Origin: Pecten maximus
Lineage: Eukaryota
Direction: 5' to 3'
Assembly (NCBI RefSeq): GCF_902652985.1
Contig: NC_047026.1
Coordinates: forward strand, 14,260,001-14,324,000
DNA: 64,000 nt
The notes below the pieces were generated by a model. The model did no database searches. It saw only the letters and a list, made by a program, of their open reading frames with translations, and was not told where the DNA came from. The position numbers and the translations under genes are program-made. Below, in pieces: positions 39,991 through 50,900 of this stretch. Positions within the stretch are counted from its first letter, which is position 1, and every line of letters starts with the position of its first letter.

Positions 39991-40384
39991 ACTATATATA
40001 TAAATCACAACTAAGCACTCAAAAACTTTACCAATTGTACTGAGTAATGATATAGGTCTATAATTTGAAGAATCATGTTTATTCCCCTTTTGAAATTATG
40101 GTATATCTATTGCTAATTTAAAAAAAAAATAACACCAGTATCCAAAACGTATCTAAATATAAATGAGGATAGGCTATAGAGACTACAGTGTTTTTAACAT
40201 ATTGTAGCTAATTCCATCATGACCTGCGGCTTTGTATACGGATACAGATTTAAGTATGTGGGTTTGTCGTTGAGTTGAAATTGTATGTCTGATATAGTAG
40301 CGTCCGTTCTACGTTCGAACTCTGGCTCGTCGTTGTCTGTATCGTCAGTAGTAGAAATGGAGACAAAGTAATGATAATGTATAT

Positions 40385-40512
40385 AGAGTGTCTTCAGTAA
40401 TATCAAATACATTTCTCGAGTGGGGCTAATATTTTTTTTATTTGCGCACTCGTGAAAACTATCAAAATATTAGCCTCGCGAGCGAAATATAGTTGGTATT
40501 ACTGAAGATGCT
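40385..40512. repeat. Palindrome of about 125 bp (transposon end-like)
   Basis: TCTTCAGTAATA...GGCTAATATTTT / AAAATATTAGCC...TATTACTGAAGA. Confidence 0.6.
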
Positions 40513-40783
40513 GTTAGATATTCTGTTTATTACATTTCTAGAGCAAAACATACCGGGTCAGTTTTTAAATTTCCTCATTGTCGTTTGTGAGCAGTATTTT
40601 GATTGGTCAAATAAGAAAAAATAGATATTTTTCACTAGTGAAAATAGTACTTTCATAAATAATAATAATATTAATTATCGATATTTCACTTGTAAAAATG
40701 TAATAAATTGGCTTTATCTACCTCAGTCATGACAAAATGTTCATCATTATTGGTGTCGAAGTATTGCTGGTAACATAATTTTA

Positions 40784-41520
40784 TTAGCCCAACATCATCA
40801 GATGAAGGGCTTTTTAAATCGCCCTGCGTCCGTGGTCCGTCTGTCCGTCCCATCGTAAACAATTCTTGTAATCGCTATTTCTCAAAAAGTTCTAAATGGA
40901 TCTTTCTAAAATTTCATATCTAAGTTTCCCCTGGTTTCTAGTTATGCATGTTGCATTTTGGGACCAATTGGAAAACAACGTGGCCGACAGTCAGCCATCT
41001 TTGATTTTGTCAATGGAAGTTTGTTATCGCTATTTCTCTAAAAGTACTGAATGGATCTTTCTCAAATTTTATTGAAAGTTCCCCATGGTCCATAGTTATG
41101 TATATTACATTTTGGGACGGATTGGAAAACAATATGGTTGACAGACGGCCATCTTGGATTTTCGCAATTGAAGTTTGTTATCGCTATTTCTCAAAACCGT
41201 TTTTAGGTGATCTTTCTCATATTTCATATACATGTATAAGTCCTAAAGATCTTTCTCATATTTAATATGTAAGTCCCCCTTTGTCGCTAGTTGTGTATAT
41301 TGTAATTTAGGACAGATAAAAAAAAACAATATGGCTGACAGGCGGCCATCTTGGATTTTGAAAATTGCTGGTTGCTCCTGCAATATTGTGTTATATAGAT
41401 TTATTAAATATTTTGAAAGAAGAGTGAAAGAAGGGAAAAGAAGAGAAAAAATCAGTCTTTCATTTGACTTAAATGTATCATTCAATGGTGGGCGCCAACA
41501 TCCCTCTTTGATCTCTTGTT
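40784..41520 (+). mobile_element. HINE/Helentron-type element with ~155-bp repeats; a 5'-truncated duplicate lies at 49141-49643
   Basis: TTAGCCC..GGGCT head, GTCC microsatellite, repeated core, tail GGTGGGCGCC..CTCTTGTT. Confidence 0.8.
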
Positions 41521-41529
41521 AGAATTTGT

Positions 41530-42200
41530 TGGACCTTGGTAATCTGCTGACAATTTTTCAAAACGTTTCTGGGATTGGAATAAAAATAACGGTATTAAAT
41601 ACAGTTTATGTTCGTATAGAGACGATCTTTGGTATGGTTTTAAGATTATTGACAGGATTAAGTTGTTTCCAATAATTTGGCACGTTTCTTATATCTAGCC
41701 ATTTGATTTTAATATTTTTAAAAGTCTGTCTCTTTTCCCGATTTCTCATCGAAGGTCATAATTACACAAGGACTTGTCGTTAGCTTGTAACAGTTTTAGT
41801 AAGTATGCACTCCCAAGCTAGCTATGTTCAAACATTTTTCTGTAAACTTAACAAATATGTCGTCATTGTAGTGCGTCGTAAAAAGCAAATCTTCCCAGTC
41901 TGTATCGTCTACCTTATACGTCCTGGTAGTTTTAGTACCTACAGTCAGTTCTTTATGGTCAATGTCAATTAGTGCAGGTGTCGGAGAGTACGTGTGTTTG
42001 TCAGGTGAAAGGCATGGGTAATATCATAAACATCGTACATGTTTCTACAGTTACAAATAAACATTTATATATCCCCTGATGCAATATGTGGAGTTTCATA
42101 GCAGTGTCTATAGAATTTCGTAGATGATTCCAAAAGGAATATATATATATATCCGTCTTACTGTGGCGAATTTCGATCAGCATATATGCGTCTCAAAAAT
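41530..42200 (-). mobile_element. Decayed LINE (CR1/L2-like) ORF2 fragment; duplicate at about 49650-50300
   Basis: Stop-riddled minus-strand translation (TYKVDDTDWEDLL...FVKFTEKCLNIA) resembles the endonuclease-RT linker. Confidence 0.4.
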
Positions 42201-42259
42201 CTGAATATCGCCGCCCCCTTTTAACAACAATTGCTCAGACTCTCTGAAGAAACCTGCAA

Positions 42260-43270
42260 AACCTAGTAGACATGCGCACGCAGTATATTAGTTGTATAAG
42301 TTGACGTCACGGTTGAATTTAATTGAGATTTTCTGGAGAACTGGGATCTTTCGTCACCTTTGGTACTTTTTGATAAACGTCTCCTTCCAGTGTATTTTAA
42401 CGAGATTTGAATCTGTGGAGGAGGGTGTCGATTTACCGCGCCACCATACCACAACCAAATATTCTATATAATTCATGTATTATCGCCCCGAAAAAATTCA
42501 GTCGTAAAGACAGTACTCTTAAAAGAAAGTCCATATTTCCGAATAAACATCAATTTCCTCTTCCGGGGCCATACGACTCCTTGTTAATAGGAAAATCAAC
42601 CACATCCACAACAAGTGGAACGTACCTATCACCAGTAGGACATAGAAAGGGCCAAACACCTGCGAACTTCCACAAAGAGACGACCATGGCCCAATACGCA
42701 CAAAACTGTTGCCTATATCACAACACTAGCTGTATAATACAAACTGGGGATACAAATCAACCATAAATCCAGAACCAGCCGGCATTTAACGCATCTACAC
42801 TAGGATCCCTTATACTCCAGTAAAGAGAATTAAAAAAATAACAAATAAATGATCCAATAAACCTTCCAACCATTGAAAGATGTCATGAGAATCTGACCAA
42901 TCAACATGCAGTGAAAATTTGCATTCAGACAGGCAAAGTAAGCTTCATACTGCCCCTAGGAACAATACGTACTAAAATAGATTAAATAATAAAAAAAAAT
43001 ATAACATTTCTACTGCATTCTTATTAGCTGCTAACAACTTCACTTTTCTGTCTCTAAACACATGTAACATCTGCAAAATCACACATTTTGTACTGCGGTA
43101 AGTTCCCGCCACGTGGAACTTTGACACTTTTTGCTATCTGACCACATCTCATGAGCGGTCTTATTAGACGTATCCACCACGTAAACTCCATACCCGGAGT
43201 TACTGACGTCGCTATATACAACAGTATGACAGGAACACTCTTCTCTGAACCTCTTCCATATTTCAACTCT
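42260..43270 (-). mobile_element. DIRS/Ngaro-like retrotransposon remnant (RNase H region); duplicate at about 50385-51390
   Basis: Frame reading VVYSDVSNSGYGVYVV...AHEMWSDSKKCQSSTWRELTAV, with downstream VDALNAGW and VVSLWKFAGVWP motifs typical of DIRS pol. Confidence 0.65.
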
Positions 43271-43334
43271 TGGTCATAATGTATTCAACATACGAAATAG
43301 ATGCTATCTGTCCTACAGTTTGTGCTACCTTACT

Positions 43335-43790
43335 TACAGTGTTTCCAAAAAAGTTGTCTCGACTTTTCGACTTAAAAAACAAAACATTTATGAGAGAAAT
43401 ATGACAAATATTAGATTAAAGTGAAGTATCTTATAATTTTATTAGTGTGTTATTTTGAATAAAACTTTAAAAAATCCAGAAGCATTGCCAAAATAATGCA
43501 AAATTCAATTCATGTGACATAATTTTACAAATCATGCAACATGTCACGCCATATTATGTGTTAAAGATGTCCTCACTTTTTGCCAATCAAAAGCTTCAAC
43601 CTCCCTCTAGAATTGATGATAATATGTTTTGCTGGTGCCAATTGAAATACAGTAGACCGCTATCTTAGGTGCATGCACCTGTCCAGACCTACACACTCTC
43701 CCAAAATGTTCAGTATATATCTGGCCGGTTGGTATAATTTGGTCTGTGTAATACTCCAATCCTTTCTCGGTATTAATGAATTTGCCCTAT
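43335..43790 (-). mobile_element. Tc1-like transposon remnant; duplicate at about 51468-51890
   Basis: TA-CAGTG end at about 43335; a degenerate minus-strand RPDIY*TFWE-like segment resembles the SPDLNPIENLW motif. Confidence 0.4.
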
Positions 43791-43948
43791 AGCAGCAGCT
43801 TTATAACAGGTAGCCAGGTCGACTTCCCGTGCTTATGTACACACTCACTAACTATCAATTCACGATTGACCTTACTTGCTATACGTGGGCAAGCATGCTC
43901 GTTAAGTACTATCGTGAAATGTATTGTAACCGGGAAATGTTTTAGTTA

Positions 43949-44752
43949 TTAGGTCATCTGACCCGAAGGGTCAAGATGACCTATAGTCATCATGCTTCGT
44001 CCGTCGTCGTGCGCCGTCTGCCGTCCGCCGTCCGCCGTGCGTAAATTTTTCACATTTCAAACTTCTTCTCAAGTTCCACTGGGATTGAGCTGAAACTTGC
44101 CTGAAATGATGCTGGGATGGTCCTGACCAAGTGTTGTTATTTTTCGGGTCGGTCTGAAATCCAAGATGGCCGCCACAGCCGCCATCTTTAAAACACATTT
44201 GAAACTTCTTCTCTAGTTTCACTGGTCAGATTGAGCTGAAACTTGCCTGAAATGATGCTGGGATGGTCCTGAGGAAGTGTTGTTATTTTTCTGGTCGGTC
44301 AGAAATCCAAGATGGTCGCCACGGTAACCATCTTGAAAAACACATTTTAAACTTCTTCTCCAGTTCCACTCATGCCATTGAGCTGGAAATTGGTGAGGAT
44401 GTTAAGGAAGGAGAGCCAATAAAGTGTTGTTATTTTTCGGCTTCGTAAAAACCTTGACATGGCAGCCACGGCAGCCATTTTGTAACATGATTGCGCAATC
44501 ATGGTTCTTCTGAACAACACCTATTTCAAACTTCTTCTCAATTACCATCAGTGGGATTCAGCTCTAACTTACCAGAAATGATTCTGAGATGGTCCTGACC
44601 AAGTGTTGTTATTTTTCAGGTCGGTCAGAAATCCAAGATGGCCGCCATGGCCAACGGTGCCACTTTACTCGCTACAGAGAATGCGTACTACAATAGTATA
44701 AGGGTCTTTAATTTTGAGTCAGATGACCGTTAAGGCCCATGGGCCTCTTGGT
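43949..44752 (+). mobile_element. HINE/Helentron element present only in duplication unit A
   Basis: Complete head and tail motifs; the equivalent site in unit B (52061-52080) is an uninterrupted T-run with no TSD. Confidence 0.9.
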
Positions 44753-44764
44753 TTGTTTTTTTAT

Positions 44765-46020
44765 TAATATGCAAATACCAAATTTTGTGTAAAAAAAAAA
44801 AAATGAGGTACCCGAAATGTTTATTGGTAATATCGGGGTAAAACAAGGAGAGAATTTATCACTATTTTTATTTGCCATTGATCTGAATATTCAAGAAGAC
44901 TTTATTGGAAAATAAGGCGTTGTTTACAAAAATTGGAAAAAGGTTAAAATATTGGAGTTTATATTAAACTGTTTATAATTCTTAATGCAGATGATACAGT
45001 TATCATGTCTGAATCGACTGAAGAACTCATATTGTAATAGATGGAAGCTTGATTTAAATACAAACATAACTAAAATTGTTATATTTTCAAAAAGGAAATG
45101 TCGAACATATCCAGTTACATTATTTAATGATGTGATAGAGGATCTAGAATCATTTTCCTATTTAGGAGCTTTGATGAATTGATTTCCGTTTGTCTATTGG
45201 TTTAGTTTAAGTTTTCATGTCTTTTGGTTTGGTTTTCTTTTTCATGGTTTGGTTTTCTTGTCTATTGGTTTTGTTTTGAACATTGATTGTTCCATAACAT
45301 ATGTTGATTTGAAAAGGATGTCTATTGATATGATTTTTAGATCGGTTTTGTTTTAATGGATTTTTGCCCTTTCCGCCGCCCATGATATCCCTCTGTCGGT
45401 AGACCTCCAATTAAAGGTTTTGGACTCCATCGTATTACCAATACATTTGTATTCAGTAGAAATATGGGGTAATGAAAATGTAAGTGCCACCTACAAACAA
45501 CATTTACTGTTCTGCAAGCATATACTAGGTTTCATGAAAAGTACGCCAAATTACATGATATATCTTGAAATCGAGAGATTTCCATTATATACAGAAGTTA
45601 AAACCAACCTAAGTATGCTTTGGATTGAACTGATAACTAGTAGTAATGTGTCTAGTGCTATGTATAACTTCATATTTAATTAACAGGCAAATGGAATCAT
45701 GGAGTTCAAATGGTTAAAGAATGTTCAGAAGACATTTATAGAAACTAGTATGAACTTTATTTTGGGGTTTCAAACATATGTACATTTAAAAAAGATTTTG
45801 CTTTGAAACAAAGATTACAAGACTAATTTATTCAAAAATGGTTAAACGATATTGAGAACTCTTCAAGAATTATTCTATCGACAAAAGAAACGAAGTTGAC
45901 GAATACAATTATTTATTTAAATGTGAATATGCAACTGTTAAGCAGATAAGACAATTCTGTTTTTCCAAATTACTACTGTAGTAAGCCTGTCCTTATCAAA
46001 ATGCAAGGACTATTTATCAT
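44765..46020 (+). mobile_element. Decayed LINE RT / 3' fragment; duplicate at about 52085-53330
   Basis: GVKQGENLSPFLF, ESFSYLG, PIHLYSVEIWG, EIERFPL and DEYHYLFKC motifs with stops and frameshifts. Confidence 0.8.
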
Positions 46021-46024
46021 ATTT

Positions 46025-46178
46025 GGGGCCGCGGTGGCCGAGTGGTTAAGGTGTCCCAACACGTTATCACTAGGCCTCCACCTCTGGGTTGCGAGTTCGA
46101 AATCCACGTGTGGTAGTTGCCAGGTACTGAACGTAGGCCGGTTGTTTTTCTCCGGGTACTCCGGCTTTCCTCCACTTC
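46025..46178 (+). mobile_element. tRNA-derived SINE (head and core, 3'-truncated); duplicate at 53335-53488
   Basis: A box TGGCCGAGTGG, B box GTTCGAAATCC, followed by the TCTCCGGGTACTCCGGCTTTCCTCC SINE core. Confidence 0.8.
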
Positions 46179-47382
46179 CAATTTATGTATTGGAGATAGT
46201 TCTTGCACTATCGAAAGGTAATCTGTCGAGGCCACTGTTAATGTATATAGTCGGGCCGAAACCCCCAGGAAAGCGGTCTTCTGATTGGTCTGAATCCCCG
46301 ACGATTTTTTCGGAAACGACGAAAAAAGTGTGCCAATCGTCCTACGGTCTGTTAATGAGCTTCAGGACGTGTGTTACAGCCGATGGCCAAATGGGAGATC
46401 TCTTATCATCTTACGTCATTTATGGTTCAAGGTGATATTACATTTAACATTTAGTATACTTCGTGATTGAATATGGAGTACGGCATTCCATCTTTCAACA
46501 GTACTTTGAGACAGAAGAATCCTTTTAATAAGGCCATAATAGATAAATAATTATTATGTTATTGGTATGACAAAGGAAATCAATATAATCACTTGGTAAG
46601 CTCGATTAAAAAACTAAATAGTTTGGATGCATTTACTCCTTGCACTTGCATATCATTTGAGTAAATCCATACAAGTTCTTATAGCAAGCCAGTATATTTG
46701 ATCTGTTTATTGACTTTGTGGGGAAAAAAGCGTTACACGTTATCACGGGATTTTAATGTCATCCAAATATTTCGGTTAATCACCAGAAAGAAATTAAAGC
46801 AAACTTATGGCGATACAAAATAATGAGCCGATAACTAGAATGTGTTTCAAACAGTTCCTTTTAATAATGATAATGCATAACAACAATGTAACAACATATA
46901 TTTGATCACGCAATATCACAGTTATGGTTGGCAGTCTTGTGAAATCTGAAATCAAAAATGAAAATAAGATTTATAATATTTACACTATCGATAGGCTTCA
47001 AATACATTTTGGAAACTTGAATTAAGCATAACAAAAGGAGTTATATCATAGCAGTATACTGTATATTTGTTTTCGTTATTTTATTTTTTTACTGCAAACA
47101 TGTGATATGAAACACTCATAAAATACTATCTTCCGAGAAAAAGAATTTCTAATTGAACGCTAGATTAACATTCCAGTGAACGGTGGCACAGGAGCACTAA
47201 TGTCAATTTTCAATGACAATCGCGTCATTATTTCCTGACCGTGTCGTATCCCCTTAAGTAAAAACCTATATAATACTATATATAAAAATACGTTGAATAA
47301 TTTGGAAACCTGACGTAATAATAATCATGCTTACCGTGATTTTTATGAGTGCTTCGCCGATCTCCACCTCCTTGGTTTACAT

Positions 47383-47981
47383 CTAACCAGTCAGAGTTCC
47401 GGTGATGTTGAAGGCGAACAGCAACAGGAGACCAGAGATCACTGTAACAAAAGCATAAAACACTTTACTGGGCAGTCATCTTTTATTTCTATAGGAAGTC
47501 ACATGTCAGCTAGAAATGATAGATATTCGGATGGTCACGTGTAAGAGGATATCATTTAGGAAAGTTAGGTGCTAGTTAAAAATGATGTTATTTCGGATAG
47601 TCATGTGTTCGACAATATGATGCTTTTTCGGAAAGTTACGTGTTAATTTTGACGAGAACTAGTTTTCTGTAGTAAAAACACACTTAAATGCCCTATAATT
47701 TTTACCTAAGTTCCTCATATTCAGAAACTTAACTTCATATCGCCTTCCTAACGTTAATTACAGACAAAATAACAAAAAAAAATACACATACGGAGAGCAA
47801 AGTTGGAGCTCTTCTTCTGTTGGAGGTTTCCGTAGTTGTAGTAGTAGTTACTCAGACCGTATCCGCTTCCGTATCCTCCTGTCATTCCGTATCCGGGGTA
47901 ACCGGATCCGGTCGGGTACTGCATGGCCACAACGTAGGCCACCAGGCATGGGATAAGGATGAGGGCGAGACACTTGTTCAT
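47383..47981 (-). CDS. Secreted Gly/Tyr-rich protein copy 2. Coding exons 47792-47981 and 47383-47441; exon 1 about 48975-49004; UTR exon from 46945
   Basis: Same 82-aa ORF (G27, L53 variant) with intact splice sites. Confidence 0.9.
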
Positions 47982-50900
47982 CTTGTAGCTGTAAATGAAG
48001 GCTTCCGTTGTTAAATCATCAGATCATCCAAGCATTTTATCTGATTTGAACGTCTCGTTAGTTGTACGTATCAATTAATTGATTAATTAATAACTTTATT
48101 TATTTATTTTCAAAACGGCCGATTCCCATCAGCCAAACCGTAAATATGTATCGGTATCAAGCTCAGTATTTAGGTATGATTCTATCTTTGATTATCCGTA
48201 ATTCAGCAAAGTCCAGATACGTATGTATAAGCTCTATCATAGTCGCTTTATAATTGTAGGTTAAAAGACACTCGGATGTTATGATCGCTGAAATTACTAT
48301 GTTAATGAATGTGGAAGCAACATAATCAATAATCAATTATTTACTCTGATATCTCTTTAATTAATGTGTAAAATATATTACATATCTCTGCAGTATTGCT
48401 AGTTGAATGTGATATTACGATTCGTTTTTTTCTTGGCGTTTTCTTAAACTTCATCTTGATGATAAGAAAAATCTTATATGTAATTAATCTCAACGAAGAC
48501 TTATTTCGGCGAATATCAAAACCAGTTCATATGCATGAATTATTACATATGAACATATTTCTGATATATCTCCATGATTAAGCTTGATTCTAAGTGAATT
48601 TTGATTGAAAGATATTCTGTATATCCTATTATATACTGAAGTATCTATAATTGAATTATTTTACATTCAATGTAAGAATGGAACGATGACAAATAATAAT
48701 AAAGAAATTTAAAAGTTATTTAAAAGTGTTATTAGAAACAATTCCTGTAAATATGAATGGATACAAAACGGTAATAAAAAAAAGCCATTACTAAAATTTG
48801 AACAGGAAATTTCTACCATACTAGAAATATTAAAATACATCTCTAATGTATACTCATGTATAGAAAGGCTTCAAAAAATCACAGTTCTAAACTGTATAGA
48901 AAGCGTTCTAGTGGTTAAGCGCTAGAATACTTCTATCCACATTAACATACATTTTAACACAGACACTTCCTTACCTTTCAGTGTGGAGATCAGACCAGCT
49001 CTGATAAGTATTGACTACCATGCCCTTATATACCTGCATACGCTTACCGGAAGAAAGTGTCCGTATGTAATATTAGGGGCAGTTCGTGGGTAAGAGCCAT
49101 GGTTCCCTAAGGGGTTGACATTTCACTACCTTTCTGTATGCAATGGAAGTTTGTTATCGCTTTTTCTCTAAAAGTACTGAAGGGATCTTTCTCAAATTTC
49201 ATTTGAAAGTTCCCCTTGGTTCATAGTTATGCATATTGCATTTTGGGACGGATTGGAAAACAACATGGTTGACAAACGGCCATCTTGGATTTTCGCAATT
49301 GAAGTTTGTTATCGCTATTTCTCAAAACCGTTTTTAAGAGATCTTTCTCATATTTCATATATAAGTCCTAAAGATCTTTCTCATATTTAACATGTAAGTC
49401 CCCCTTTGTCGCTAGTTGTGTATATTGTAATTTGGGACTGATCAAAAAACAATATGGCTGAAAGGCGGCCATCTTGGATTTTGAAAATTGCATGTTGCTC
49501 CTGCAATATTGTGTTATATAGATTTATTAAATATTTTGAAAGAAGAGTGAAATAAGGGAAAAGAAGAGAAAAAATCAGTCTTTCATTTTACTTAACTGTA
49601 TCATTCAATGGTGGGCGCCAACATCCCTCTTTGATCTCTTGTTGGAATTTGTTGGACCTTGTTAATCTGCTGACAATTTTCCAAAAGTTTCTGGGATTGG
49701 AATAAAAATAACGGTATTAAATACAGTTTATGTTGGTATAGCGACGGTCTTTGGTATGGTTTTAAGATTATTGACAGGATTAAGTTGTTTCCGATAATTT
49801 GGCACGTTTCTTATATTTAGCCATTTGATTTGAATATTTTTAAAAGTCTGTCTCTTTTCCCGATTTCTCATCGAAGGTCATAATTACACAAGGACTTGTC
49901 GTTAGTTTGTAACAGTTTTAGTAAGTATGCACTCACAAGCTAGCTATGTTCAAACATTTTTCTGTAAACTTAACAAATATGTCGTCATTGGAGTGCGTCG
50001 TAAAAAGCAAATCTTCCCAGTCTGTATCGTCTACCTTATACGTCCTGGTAGTTTTAGTACCTACAGTCAGTTCTTTATGGTCAATGTCAATTAGTGCACG
50101 TGTCGGAGAGTACGTGTGTTTGTCAGGTGAAAGGCATAGGTTATATCATAAACATCGTACATGTTTCTACAGTTACAAATAAACATTTATATATCCCCTG
50201 ACGCAATATGTGGAGTTTCATAGCAGTGTCTATAGAATTTCGTAGATGATTCCAAAAGGAATATATATATATGTCCGTCTTACTGTGGTGAATTTCGATC
50301 AGCATATATGCGTCTCAAAAATCTGAATATCGCCGCCCCTTTTTAACAACAATTGCTCAGACTCTCTGAGGAAACCTGCAAAACCTAGTAGACATGCGCA
50401 CGCAGTATGTTGGTTGTATAAGTTGACGTCACGGTTGAATTTAATTGAGATTTAATGGAGAACTGGGTTCTTTCGTCACCTTTGGTACCTTTTGATAAAC
50501 GTCTCCTTCCAGTGTATTTTAACCAGATTTGAATCTGTGGAGGAGGGTGTCGATTTACCGCGCCACCATACCGCAACCAAATATTCTATATAATTCATGT
50601 ATTATCGCCCCGAAAAATTCAGTCGTAAAGACAGTACTCTTAAAAGAAAGTCCATATTTCCGAATAAACATCAATTTCCTCTTCCGGGGTCATACGACTC
50701 CTTGTTAATAGGAAAATCAACCACACCCACAACCAGTGGAACGTACCTATCACCAGTAGGACATACAAAGGGCCAAACACCTGCGAACTTCCACAAAGAG
50801 ACGACCATGGTCCCCATACGCACAAAACTGTTGCCTATATCACAACACTAGCTGTATAATACAAACTGGGGATACAAATCAACCATAAATCCAGAACCAG

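Noticed and set aside
46025-46110. tRNA gene
   Set aside because: A and B boxes are present but there is no proper cloverleaf, and it runs into a SINE core.
47820-48014. Antisense Val/Ser-rich ORF
   Set aside because: Mirror of the Gly/Tyr exon; no independent promoter or splice support.
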